Shown: piece after piece, positions 51,486 through 60,625 of the stretch
Numbering within the stretch: the first letter of the stretch is position 1
How the letters are laid out: each line of letters opens with the position of its first letter
NCBI GenBank assembly: GCA_041390245.1
Contig: JAWKQI010000001.1
Location: forward strand, 235,558-299,557
From: Eubacteriales bacterium
GTDB lineage: Bacteria > Bacillota > Clostridia > Christensenellales > JAWKQI01
Direction: 5' to 3'
Length of the DNA: 64,000 nucleotides
Translations under genes and position numbers: made by a program
Notes under the pieces: generated by a model
The model's database searches: none
What the model was told of the DNA's origin: nothing
Seen by the model: the letters and a program-made list of their open reading frames with translations, nothing else

Positions 51486-52418
51486 TTACAAAATCTCTAT
51501 TGCACGAAGCTTTGCGCTTCTGGAACGTGGATTGCTTAAAACTTCATCTTCTTCCGGAATTATCGGTTTTCTTAAAAGTATCTTTACTTTAGGTTTCAAT
51601 CCGCACACACATACCGGAGCATCCGGAGGGCATGTACACGGATTAGCAAGCCCTAAAAACGCTCTTTTTACTATCCTGTCTTCAAGAGAGTGAAAAGTAA
51701 TAACGGATAGTCTCCCTCCGCTTACAATTACGTCTGCAAAATCCTCTATTGCCTCTTTTAAAGACGAAAGTTCGTCGTTTACTTCTATCCTAATCGCTTG
51801 AAATGTCCTTTTTGCGGGATGCGGTCCGTTTAGTCTTGCACCTTTTGGGATGGCCGCCTTTATTATGCTTGTCAGTTCACCTGTCGTCTTAATTTCGCCG
51901 CCACTTCTTTTATCTGCTATAAATTTAGCTATTCTGGCAGCCCAGCGTTCTTCGCCGTAAGAGGATATTACCTCCCTTAACTGCCCTTCGCTATACTTGT
52001 TTATTACGTCGTAAGCCGATTTGCTCTGTGATAAGTCCATCCTCATATCAAGTTTTGCATCGCTTTGATATGAAAACCCCCTGCTTGCCTCATCTAGCTG
52101 AAAAGATGAAACTCCCAGGTCTAAAATAGCGGCATTTACCTTCTTAAAACCTTTTTCCGATATAAGCCGCTTTATGTTCTTAAAGTCGTCGTTAATAAGT
52201 ACCATATTCTCTTTGTATTGAGGCAAAAATTCTAAAACCCTTTTTATGGCCTCTTCGTCTTTATCTATGCCAAGAAGAGTTCCGCCCGGAGTTATCCTTT
52301 TTAATATCTCTAGTGCGTGCCCCCCTCCGCCAAGCGTACCGTCTACAACAGTCATACCCGGCTGTAAAGACAAAATATCTAGGCTTTGGTTAAGTAGTAC
52401 AGATACGTGCCCATCCAT
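51486..52418 (-). CDS. rsmH: 16S rRNA (cytosine1402-N4)-methyltransferase
   Basis: ..HVSVLLNQSL.., ..DGTLGGGGH.., ..DLGVSSFQLD... Confidence 0.95.
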   Translation of the reverse strand: MDGHVSVLLNQSLDILSLQPGMTVVDGTLGGGGHALEILKRITPGGTLLGIDKDEEAIKRVLEFLPQYKENMVLINDDFKNIKRLISEKGFKKVNAAILDLGVSSFQLDEASRGFSYQSDAKLDMRMDLSQSKSAYDVINKYSEGQLREVISSYGEERWAARIAKFIADKRSGGEIKTTGELTSIIKAAIPKGARLNGPHPAKRTFQAIRIEVNDELSSLKEAIEDFADVIVSGGRLSVITFHSLEDRIVKRAFLGLANPCTCPPDAPVCVCGLKPKVKILLRKPIIPEEDEVLSNPRSRSAKLRAIEIL

Positions 52419-52421
52419 CTA

Positions 52422-52853
52422 TCAAATACCAAGTTCAGACAACTTCTCCAAAGCACTTTCAAAATCTTCAGATTGACGTTCGTTGAATTTGTCCCAATTT
52501 TCACCAGACCAGATCTCCGCGCGGGTCATAACACCAATTATTACTGCATCATCAGATATGCCCGCGTGGTTTCTTAGCCTTTGCGGAATAAGCGCCCTTC
52601 CCTGTTTGTCCAGTTCACACTCGCATGCGCTTGCAAACAGCATGCGTAAAAAATCCTGGACCGCTTTATCCGCAATGGGTAAGGTCTTTAAACGGGATGA
52701 GAAAGTTGCCCACTCGTCTGCGCCAAAAACAAACAAGCAATTGCCGATACCCTTTGATACAATAAACTTTTCGCCTAAATCTTCCCTGAGTTTTGATGGA
52801 ATAAATACCCTTCCCTTTACATCCACACTATGACGGTATTCGCCAATCAGCAT
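52422..52853 (-). CDS. mraZ: division/cell wall cluster transcriptional regulator MraZ
   Basis: MLIGEYRHSVDVKGRVFIPSKLR.. and the second SpoVT-AbrB repeat ..LDKQGRALIPQRLR... RBS AAGGGGGTGAG precedes the ATG at 52853. The ORF-track start at 52901 reads through the promoter/operator. Confidence 0.9.
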   Translation of the reverse strand: MLIGEYRHSVDVKGRVFIPSKLREDLGEKFIVSKGIGNCLFVFGADEWATFSSRLKTLPIADKAVQDFLRMLFASACECELDKQGRALIPQRLRNHAGISDDAVIIGVMTRAEIWSGENWDKFNERQSEDFESALEKLSELGI

Positions 52854-52880
52854 TTTTCTCACCCCCTTTGCATTAAGATT

Positions 52881-52934
52881 ACCATTTAGACCCACTTTCA
52901 CCCACTATTATAATATAATTCTCCAAAAATGCAA
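52881..52934 (-). promoter_or_regulatory. mraZ/dcw promoter with MraZ-box direct repeats
   Basis: TTGCAT (52929-52934) - 16 nt - TATAAT (52907-52912) on the minus strand. It is immediately followed by GTGGGTGAAA GTGGGTCTAA ATGGT (52905 down to 52881), i.e. GTGGG repeats with 10-nt periodicity. Confidence 0.55.
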
Positions 52935-53030
52935 CAGTTCCTTTATTTTTTTGAAAAAATTCATAAATTAAAAACAACTATTTTAAAAATAGCTGCTTTT
53001 AATGTGTTTAAAACCCTTATTTACCAAATA

Positions 53031-53723
53031 TTAGATTATTTTCTTTAATTTAAAGTCTAAATAGTCACACGACACAAGGGAATAGTTTACTCCGTCCAGC
53101 GGCCCGTTAAATGCACCTTTCAAACTCTTTTCGTGCAGATGCCCGTAAACCGCCTCTGAAACTTTAAACTGTGCCAAAATATCTGTAAGTTCAGAGGGGC
53201 TGTGAGTCTCGTTAAACGGCGGAAAATGAAACATAGCTACCCTTGCCCTGCTTCCTGCCTCAACTTCATCAACGGAAGCAACGGAAAGTTTTAATCGCTC
53301 TACTTCCCTGTTATATATAACTAAATCCTGGCTGGTGGCTTTGTCCATCGACATGGTCCACCCGCGTGTACCGACTATTACATAATCGCCTATAATAAAA
53401 CTATTGTTTTGGAGCGCATAGGTGTTATTTGATAATATGGAATTCACTTTAGTTAAAGAACTCCACCAATAATCGTGGTTGCCGCGTAATAATATCTTTT
53501 TTCCGGGCAAAGCGCACACTTCGTCTATATCGACCTTAACTTCGTTTAACTTCATCGCCCAGCTTATGTCACCTGGGATAAGTACAACATCGCCATCTTT
53601 CACGCATTCATGCCAGCTGTCTTTAATTTTTTCCCAATGGTTGTTCCAGTTCTCCCCGAATATGTTCATGGGTTTTTCTCTAAATCCGGAAAGATGAAGG
53701 TCTGCTATTGCATAAACGCCCAT
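53031..53723 (-). CDS. metallophosphoesterase family protein
   Basis: ..VYAIADLHLS.., ..IPGDISW.., ..LRGNHDYWW.., ..YGHLH.. (calcineurin-like phosphoesterase motifs). Confidence 0.8.
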   Translation of the reverse strand: MGVYAIADLHLSGFREKPMNIFGENWNNHWEKIKDSWHECVKDGDVVLIPGDISWAMKLNEVKVDIDEVCALPGKKILLRGNHDYWWSSLTKVNSILSNNTYALQNNSFIIGDYVIVGTRGWTMSMDKATSQDLVIYNREVERLKLSVASVDEVEAGSRARVAMFHFPPFNETHSPSELTDILAQFKVSEAVYGHLHEKSLKGAFNGPLDGVNYSLVSCDYLDFKLKKII

Positions 53724-54323
53724 TTACTTTTCTTTTCCTCTATCATAAAATTTCTCCATTATTTTAAGCAGCTCTTCCCTGCCGGTCTTATCAAGAGATG
53801 AAAAGGCAACTATATCGATCCCGGATTGTATGCCTAATTCTTTTAACATAGCATCAATATGCTGCTTTCTTTGCGCTTTTGATATCTTATCCGCTTTAGT
53901 CGCAACTAGTACAAATGGTATACAGTTATATTGCGCCCACGTAAGCATCCTCTTATCAAACCCGTTTGGTCTATGGCGGATATCCATTAATACTAATATA
54001 GCCTGCAAATGCTTGGTCGCATTAAAATAGGCCTCTACCATGCTTTCCCATGCATTTTTTTCACTTTTGGAAACTTTGGCATATCCGTATCCCGGAAGGT
54101 CTACTAAAACATTATCTTCATTTAATAAGAAAAAGTTGATAAGCCTTGTTTTGCCTGCCTCTTTGCTGACACGCGCTAATTTGCTGTTTCTACAAAGGCA
54201 GTTTATCAAAGAGGATTTCCCCGCGTTAGAGCGCCCTACTACGGCAATTTCCGGAAACCCTAAATCTAAATAGTCTTCTTGCGCGCGCATGCTTTTTACA
54301 AATCGTGCATTTTTTATTACCAC
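53724..54323 (-). CDS. engB: ribosome biogenesis GTP-binding protein YsxC/EngB
   Basis: G1 GRSNAGKSSLIN, G3 DLPGYG, G4 TKADK. It lies immediately downstream of lon, as in Bacillus. Confidence 0.9.
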   Translation of the reverse strand: MVIKNARFVKSMRAQEDYLDLGFPEIAVVGRSNAGKSSLINCLCRNSKLARVSKEAGKTRLINFFLLNEDNVLVDLPGYGYAKVSKSEKNAWESMVEAYFNATKHLQAILVLMDIRHRPNGFDKRMLTWAQYNCIPFVLVATKADKISKAQRKQHIDAMLKELGIQSGIDIVAFSSLDKTGREELLKIMEKFYDRGKEK

Positions 54324-54337
54324 TGTAACCCCTTTTA

Positions 54338-56668
54338 TCAGTCTATCAGGCTAAGTTCAAGCGCCTGCATTATATCGTTTATATAAACTATGTTTAACTT
54401 ATGTTTAATTTCATCCGGTATCTCGTCTATATCGCGCTCATTATCCTTAGGTATCAAAACGGTTTTGATGCCGGCACGCTGAGCAGCCAGCAGTTTTTCC
54501 TTTAACCCGCCTATAGGAATAACGCTTCCCGTTAAAGTTATTTCACCCGTCATCGCTACATCCGCACGTACTTTTTTCTTAGTAAGCGCCGAGACGACAG
54601 CTGTAACTATCGTTATGCCGGCAGATGGGCCGTCTTTGGGGATTGCTCCCTGCGGACAATGTATATGAAGGTCTTTGTTTTTGTAAAACTCCATGTCTAT
54701 TTTTAATTTGGAGCTGTTGGCTCGTATATAGCTGATTCCTGCACGTGCGCTTTCCTTCATTACATCCCCTAAATGTCCTGTTAACTCTAATTTGCCCGTT
54801 CCTTCCATTACCGTTGCCTCAACAGGCAAAGTCTGCCCTCCTGAAACTGTCCATGCAAGGCCGGTAACGACGCCGATTTTATCCTCGTGGTTTATGTCTT
54901 CATTTTTATATTTCGGCGTGCCCAGATATTCTTGTAAATTGGCCTTTGTCACGCTTATGCTCTTTAAATCGTTTTCGACTATCTTCCAAGCAGCTCTCCT
55001 GCAAATAGCTGCGATAGACCTTTCTAAATTCCTGACACCCGGCTCATTAGTATAGTTGGTGATTATTTCTTCTATTGCAGAATCGCTTATACGCAGCATC
55101 TTAGGCGTAAGTGCATGCTCAACAAGCTGTTTTTTTATCAGGTGTTTTTTAGCTATCTTTATTTTTTCTATGAGCATATAGCTTGAAAGCTCTATTACTT
55201 CCATCCTGTCAAGAAGCGGGCGTGGTATAGTGTCTATACTATTAGCTGTCGTTAAAAACATTACCTTAGACAAGTCAAATGGCATATCTAAATAGTGGTC
55301 TACAAATGTGTTGTTTATTTCAGGGTCCAATACTTCGAGCATTGCAGAAGCAGGGTCCCCTTTATAATCGCTGGACATCTTGTCTATCTCATCTAAAAGA
55401 AAGACCGGGTTCATAGATCCCGCCTGTTTTATCAAAGAAATGATCCTTCCTGGCATCGCACCTATGTATGTCCTCCTGTGGCCTCTTAATTCTGCCTCAT
55501 CCTTGACCCCGCCAAGTGATGACCTTACAAACTTTCTTTTCAAAGCCCTTGCTATAGACTTTGCAATAGATGTCTTGCCTACTCCCGGAGGCCCGACGAA
55601 ACAAAGTATAGGCCCTCTCATGTCTTTTTTCATTTTACAGACGGATATATATTCTAAAATACGCTTCTTTACGTTTTCAAGGCCGTAGTGGTCTTCATCT
55701 AAAACACGTTTTATGTGTTTTAAATTAAGGTCGTCTTTAGTCTCTTTTCCCCATGGCAAGCTTATTATCCAATCTAGGTAAGTCCTAATAACGGTTATTT
55801 CCGGAGATGAAGAAGACATAACAGCCATTCTTGAAAGTTCCTTCTTTGCCTTTTGCTTTGCTTCTTCATTCATCTTAGACTTTTCTATCTTCTCAGTTAG
55901 CTCCTGAACTTCGGCAGTTATAGATTCTTCCTCGCCAAGTTCCTTTTGTATGACTTTCATCTGCTCTCTTAGATAATATTCTCTCTGGGATTTTTCTATC
56001 TGTTTCTTTAGCGAACGTCCGATTTCGTTTTCTATACCTAAAATCTCAATTTCACGGGTTATCATATCTATTAAAAGCTTTAAACGCTTTTCAACGTCTA
56101 TGCATTCTATAATGCTCTGCTTGTCCTCTAATTTGAAAAGCGAATTAGCAGCGACAGTATCTGCAAGCCTGCCAGGCACCTTTATCTCGCCGACTGACAC
56201 AACGGATTCAGGCGAAATACGGCCGCTTTGGCGCGCATATGTCATGTAAAGAGACATGAGTGTCCTCATATGGGCTTCTTCAGAAGGTGTCGGTGCCGCT
56301 TCTTCGTTTGGCTCCTCAACTTTTCTGACTTCCGCACTCAAATAATCCTTTTCTTCATTGAAGCTCATAAGTTCTCCGCGGCACAAACCTTCTACCATAA
56401 CGCGGATATTATCTCCCGGCAGTTTTAAGACCTGTTTTATCTTACATATAGTACCCATCTTGTTTACATCATCAAAATTGGGTTCGTAAGTATTTATATC
56501 TTTTTGCGCACTTAAAAACACCACTTGATTTTTGGCCATAGCCTGTTCAAGCGCAGCAATGGATTTTTTTCTGCCAACATCAAAATGCAGCACCATATAG
56601 GGAAAAACAACCATTCCCCTGAGCGCTACCATAGACATAGTTCTGGTTTCTTTTAGTGTTTCGTCCAT
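54338..56668 (-). CDS. lon: ATP-dependent protease LonA
   Basis: 776 aa with a LON N-domain, Walker A GPPGVGKTS and protease motif PKDGPSAGIT. Confidence 0.95.
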   Translation of the reverse strand: MDETLKETRTMSMVALRGMVVFPYMVLHFDVGRKKSIAALEQAMAKNQVVFLSAQKDINTYEPNFDDVNKMGTICKIKQVLKLPGDNIRVMVEGLCRGELMSFNEEKDYLSAEVRKVEEPNEEAAPTPSEEAHMRTLMSLYMTYARQSGRISPESVVSVGEIKVPGRLADTVAANSLFKLEDKQSIIECIDVEKRLKLLIDMITREIEILGIENEIGRSLKKQIEKSQREYYLREQMKVIQKELGEEESITAEVQELTEKIEKSKMNEEAKQKAKKELSRMAVMSSSSPEITVIRTYLDWIISLPWGKETKDDLNLKHIKRVLDEDHYGLENVKKRILEYISVCKMKKDMRGPILCFVGPPGVGKTSIAKSIARALKRKFVRSSLGGVKDEAELRGHRRTYIGAMPGRIISLIKQAGSMNPVFLLDEIDKMSSDYKGDPASAMLEVLDPEINNTFVDHYLDMPFDLSKVMFLTTANSIDTIPRPLLDRMEVIELSSYMLIEKIKIAKKHLIKKQLVEHALTPKMLRISDSAIEEIITNYTNEPGVRNLERSIAAICRRAAWKIVENDLKSISVTKANLQEYLGTPKYKNEDINHEDKIGVVTGLAWTVSGGQTLPVEATVMEGTGKLELTGHLGDVMKESARAGISYIRANSSKLKIDMEFYKNKDLHIHCPQGAIPKDGPSAGITIVTAVVSALTKKKVRADVAMTGEITLTGSVIPIGGLKEKLLAAQRAGIKTVLIPKDNERDIDEIPDEIKHKLNIVYINDIMQALELSLID

Positions 56669-56695
56669 GCATTTTTCTCCTTGTCTTTTAAGCCA

Positions 56696-56725
56696 ATTAT
56701 AACTTATTATCTACTTTTATATCAA
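56696..56725 (-). promoter_or_regulatory. candidate sigma-A promoter of lon
   Basis: TTGATA (56720-56725) - 18 nt - TATAAT (56696-56701) on the minus strand, ~25 nt upstream of the lon RBS (AAGGAGAA). Confidence 0.35.
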
Positions 56726-56740
56726 GTCTTATATTACCTT

Positions 56741-56774
56741 AAAAATCCAAAAGCGGCGGATAGTTCCGCCGCTT
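56741..56774 (-). terminator. Rho-independent terminator after clpX
   Basis: AAGCGGCGGA (56751-56760) / TCCGCCGCTT (56765-56774) with loop TAGT. On the minus strand it is followed by TTGGATTTTT. Confidence 0.8.
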
Positions 56775-56808
56775 AGTTTAATATTTATTCTATTTAGCCT
56801 AATTTATT

Positions 56809-58095
56809 TTATCCGACTACTTCTTTTTTCCCTTTAGTATCGCTTAATTTCTTAGGCTGTTTATCACCAAGTATCAAGACAGGCATACTCTTGTTGATGA
56901 CCGTATCTTTAGTTATCACACACTTCTTAACATCGTCTCTTGATGGGACATCAAACATTATGTCTAACATTATGCCTTCAAGAATAGCCCTTAAGCCCCT
57001 TGCGCCAGTGTTCCTTGCAAGTGCCAGTTTGGCTATTTCCCTTATAGCATCTTCTTCGAACTCAAGCTGTACTCCATCCATATTGAGAAGTTTTGTGAAC
57101 TGCTTTATAAGCGCGTTCTTTGGCTTTTTAAGGATATCGACAAGCGCATCTTCATCGAGTGCATTAAGCGTTACTATAATAGGAACCCTTCCTACAAACT
57201 CAGGTATTAAGCCAAATTTCAACAGGTCTTCAGGTAAAACCTGGCTATAAAGCTCCCCTAAATCTTTTTTCTTCTTAGATGAAACTTCGGCTCCAAACCC
57301 CATAGATTTCTTGCCTACACGCCTTTCGATTATGCCCTCAAGCCCTCCGAATGCTCCGCCGCAGATAAAAAGTATGTTTGTTGTATCTATCTGTATAAAC
57401 TCCTGCTGCGGATGCTTCCTGCCTCCCTGCGGAGGTACGCTCGCAACTGTTCCTTCGATTATCTTTAAAAGCGCCTGCTGAACACCTTCTCCCGAAACAT
57501 CACGGGTTATAGACGGGTTGTCACTCTTTCTTGCAATTTTATCTATTTCGTCTATATATATTATGCCCTGCTGTGCCTTTTCTACGTTGTAATCCGCTGA
57601 TTGTATCAGCTTTAAAAGTATGTTTTCTACGTCTTCACCTACATAGCCGGCTTCGGTCAATGCCGTTGCGTCTGCCATTGCAAACGGGACGTTTAAGATC
57701 TTTGCCAGCGTCTGTGCCAAAAACGTTTTGCCGCAGCCTGTGGGCCCCATCATAACCACGTTGCTCTTCTGAAGTTCCACATCGTTTTCCTTTAAATTTC
57801 CTGCACGGACACGCTTATAATGATTATATACAGCAACAGCAAGCGTCTTTTTCGCTTGATCCTGCCCGACTATATAATCATTTAATATTTCATAGATCTG
57901 AGACGGTTTTAAAACTTCGTCTAAGTTAAGCTCGCTGTCTTCCTGATAGTCTTCATAAACTATATCATGACACAGCTCAACACAGGCATCGCATATAAAC
58001 ACGCCCGGCCCTGCAACTAACCTGCGGACCTGATCCTGGCTCTTACCGCAAAACGAACATTTTGCGTATTTTGTATCTTCAAAAAATTTATCCAT
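56809..58095 (-). CDS. clpX: ATP-dependent Clp protease ATP-binding subunit ClpX
   Basis: Zinc ribbon CSFCGK..CDAC, Walker A GPTGCGKT, ..IIYIDEIDK... Confidence 0.95.
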   Translation of the reverse strand: MDKFFEDTKYAKCSFCGKSQDQVRRLVAGPGVFICDACVELCHDIVYEDYQEDSELNLDEVLKPSQIYEILNDYIVGQDQAKKTLAVAVYNHYKRVRAGNLKENDVELQKSNVVMMGPTGCGKTFLAQTLAKILNVPFAMADATALTEAGYVGEDVENILLKLIQSADYNVEKAQQGIIYIDEIDKIARKSDNPSITRDVSGEGVQQALLKIIEGTVASVPPQGGRKHPQQEFIQIDTTNILFICGGAFGGLEGIIERRVGKKSMGFGAEVSSKKKKDLGELYSQVLPEDLLKFGLIPEFVGRVPIIVTLNALDEDALVDILKKPKNALIKQFTKLLNMDGVQLEFEEDAIREIAKLALARNTGARGLRAILEGIMLDIMFDVPSRDDVKKCVITKDTVINKSMPVLILGDKQPKKLSDTKGKKEVVG

Positions 58096-58114
58096 TTTCC
58101 CCTCCTTAAATATT

Positions 58115-58699
58115 CTAGTGTCTTGGAGGAATTATCTCGTCGACCATTCCATATTCTTTGGCGGCCTCAGCACTCATATAAAAATCCCTTTCAGTATCTT
58201 CTGCTATCCTCTTTATCGGCTGCCCGGTTCTTTCACTCATAATCTTATTTAGTTTATTCTTTATCTTGATTATTTGTTCTGCGTGGATAGCTATATCAGT
58301 AGCCTGGCCTTTTGCCCCGCCCATAGGCTGATGTATCAAAATCTCGCAATTTGGAAGGCTTTTTCTCTTTCCTTTGGCTCCCGCAGTAAGTAAAAACGCA
58401 CCCATAGATGCCGCAAGGCCGATACAGATAGTGCTAACTTCACAGCGTATATACTGCATCGTATCGTATATGGCAAGTCCAGCGGTTACAGAGCCGCCCG
58501 GGCTGTTTATATACATAAATATCTCTTTATCCGGGTCCTCTGCTTCAAGAAAAATAAGCTGAGCTATGACTAAATCCGCAGTTTCATCTGTTATTTCGCC
58601 GGTTACAAATACAATCCTGTCGCGAAGAAGCCTTGAATATATGTCGTAGGAACGTTCGCCTTTTCCGGTCTGTTCTATTACCATTGGAATTAAATTCAT
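58115..58699 (-). CDS. clpP: ATP-dependent Clp protease proteolytic subunit
   Basis: ..[11 protein letters not shown].., catalytic ..[11 protein letters not shown].. and ..IHQP... Confidence 0.95.
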   Translation of the reverse strand: MNLIPMVIEQTGKGERSYDIYSRLLRDRIVFVTGEITDETADLVIAQLIFLEAEDPDKEIFMYINSPGGSVTAGLAIYDTMQYIRCEVSTICIGLAASMGAFLLTAGAKGKRKSLPNCEILIHQPMGGAKGQATDIAIHAEQIIKIKNKLNKIMSERTGQPIKRIAEDTERDFYMSAEAAKEYGMVDEIIPPRH

Positions 58700-58744
58700 T
58701 TACGCTCTCCTTCCTGGTTTTAAGTGTTATTACTCTTGAATCTT

Positions 58745-60127
58745 TTACTTTTTCGCCGTAGTTTTTGCCCCTGTTTTAGAAGCGCTCTTTTTGGCGGTAG
58801 ATGTAGCAGGAGCTTTCTTCTCTGCCTTCTCCTCTTTTTTTTGCTCAACATAGTTTATGCTGTCAAATATAAATTTAAGCGTCTTTTCAAATGCAAGTCT
58901 TGCAGTAATATTTTCTATACCATCGCTGCCTATTAATTTTTTATATTCTTCTACAGTCTTATTTGCCTTTTTAGATTCCTCTTTAAAGAACTTGTTTAAG
59001 TCTTCTTCAGTTGTCTCAATGTCTTCTTTTTTGGCAATAGCTTCTATAACCAAGTGCGAACGCACTGCACTTTTAGCCGTATCTTCATGCTGTGCTCTTA
59101 AATCCTCCATCTTTGTACCGGTATACTTTAGATAATCCTCTAATTTTATACCCTGATACATTAAATTATATTCAAGTCTCTCGATTTGTCTATCAATTTG
59201 AAGTTCTATCATCGGAGACGGAACATCTATTTCACATCCATCAACTATTTTTCTTAAAACTTCGTCTTCAGTTTCTTCTTTTGCTTTTTTCTCCGCTTCT
59301 GCTTTTAATCTCTTTTTAATATCTTTTTTGAGCTCTGCAAGCGTCTCGAATTCTGAGACGTCCTTTGCAAATTCATCGTCTAATTCATCTAGTTCTTTTC
59401 TCTTTATATCATGTAATTTAACTGCAAATACCGCCTCTTTGCCGGCCAGCTCTTTTGCATGGTATTCTTTTGGGAAAGTTACTTTGATATCTCTTTCCTC
59501 GCCTATCTTCATGCCGACCACCTGCTCTTCAAAGCCCGGTATAAAGGTCTTTGATCCTAGTTCTAAAGGCTGCTTTTCTGCTGTTCCGCCTTCGAACTTA
59601 ACTCCGTCTACAGATCCGGAATAATCTATTGTAACACGATCATTAAGTTTTGCCTCGTCTTCAACTGCTTCCCATCTCGCGTTTTTCTCAAGTAATCTGT
59701 TAAGTTCTTCATTAACGTCTTTTTCTGTAATTTTAACCTGTTTTTTTGAAGCCTCAACTCCCGTATAACTGCCTAATTTAACTTCAGGTTTAACAAAAAC
59801 TTCAACTTTTATATCTATTCCCTTAGCCTTATCAAATGAAGTTATATCTATCTCAGGGTGCGCAACCGGATCTATCTTAGTCTCTTCGACAACTTTCGCA
59901 TATTCCTCAGGAAATGCTATATCGAACGCTTCCTCAAATAATACGCTGTCGCCATAATGTTTTTCAACTATCGCCCTAGGAGCTTTTCCTTTTCTAAAGC
60001 CAGGCACACTGAATTTATCTTTGTTTTTTGCAAAGGCACGAGAAATCGCATCTTCAAACGTTTCAGGTGATATGCTAAATTCAATTTTTACTTTGTTTCC
60101 GCCAATTTTTTCTACTTTATTGCCCAT
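58745..60127 (-). CDS. tig: trigger factor (with Lys/Ala-rich C-terminal tail)
   Basis: ..KVKIEFSISPETFEDA.., an FKBP domain (..GFEEQVVGMKIGEERDIKVTFPKEY..). GGAGG lies 5 nt upstream of the ATG at 60127; the ORF-track start at 60139 is a TTG inside the RBS. Confidence 0.9.
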   Translation of the reverse strand: MGNKVEKIGGNKVKIEFSISPETFEDAISRAFAKNKDKFSVPGFRKGKAPRAIVEKHYGDSVLFEEAFDIAFPEEYAKVVEETKIDPVAHPEIDITSFDKAKGIDIKVEVFVKPEVKLGSYTGVEASKKQVKITEKDVNEELNRLLEKNARWEAVEDEAKLNDRVTIDYSGSVDGVKFEGGTAEKQPLELGSKTFIPGFEEQVVGMKIGEERDIKVTFPKEYHAKELAGKEAVFAVKLHDIKRKELDELDDEFAKDVSEFETLAELKKDIKKRLKAEAEKKAKEETEDEVLRKIVDGCEIDVPSPMIELQIDRQIERLEYNLMYQGIKLEDYLKYTGTKMEDLRAQHEDTAKSAVRSHLVIEAIAKKEDIETTEEDLNKFFKEESKKANKTVEEYKKLIGSDGIENITARLAFEKTLKFIFDSINYVEQKKEEKAEKKAPATSTAKKSASKTGAKTTAKK

Positions 60128-60240
60128 TTTTTCCTCCAAAACCTTACAAAACCAATTGTTTATATTTTCATAAATAAACTGCTATATAGTTTACCATAAA
60201 GTAATGTGTTTTAGCAACACATATAAAAATAACCTTTTTA

Positions 60241-60271
60241 TTTAAAATAGAGCTTAAAAAAACTTAAGCTC
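60241..60271 (-). terminator. probable terminator after rnpB
   Basis: GAGCTTAA (60250-60257) / TTAAGCTC (60264-60271). On the minus strand it is followed by TATTTTAAAT. Confidence 0.5.
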
Positions 60272-60282
60272 CATAAAAAAAT

Positions 60283-60625
60283 AAGTTTGAGTCAAGCCTG
60301 TAAGCCGAGTTCTGTCAAAGACGGTCATCTATCTAGGCCTGCCGTTACCGCGCAGGCTCAAGCGATTACAAGGGGCGTGGCGGGCCGCCATTAAATGCCC
60401 CCAATTCAATCTTGCACCAGACGGGGTTTACATAGCCGGCATGTCTCCACGCCGCTGGTGAGCTCTTGCCTCACCTTTCCACCCTTGCATGGGAAACCCA
60501 TGCGGTATATCTCTGTTGCACTTTCCTTAGAGTCGCCTCCACCGGGTGTTACCCGGCGCCCTGCCCTTAGGTGCTCGGACTTTCCTCGTGCAAATAAGCA
60601 CGCGACCGCCCAGCTAGCTCAAACA
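60283..60625 (-). ncRNA. rnpB: RNase P RNA (bacterial type A-like)
   Basis: A GC-rich island in AT-rich context. The minus strand reads ..CGAGGAAAGTCCGAGCACC..GGGCAGGGCGCCGGGTAAC..AGTGCAACAGAGA..GGGTGGAAAGGTGAGGCAAGAGCTCACC..GCCTAGATAGATGACCGTC..GACAGAACTCGGCTTACAG.., colinear with E. coli M1 RNA universal regions. P1 pairs GTTTGAG (60618-60624) with CTCAAAC (60285-60291). Confidence 0.9.

Noticed and set aside
52854-52901. 16-codon N-terminal extension of mraZ (MKVGLNGNLNAKGVRK).
   Set aside because: It reads through the predicted -10/operator region. A strong RBS (AAGGGGGTGAG) precedes the internal ATG at 52853, which gives the canonical MraZ N-terminus.
60204-60222. 7-bp inverted repeat ATGTGTT-N5-AACACAT upstream of tig, considered as a possible heat-shock operator for tig-clpP-clpX-lon.
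   Set aside because: It matches neither CIRCE (TTAGCACTC-N9-GAGTGCTAA) nor the CtsR box (GGTCAAA repeats). A short AT-rich palindrome is plausibly fortuitous.
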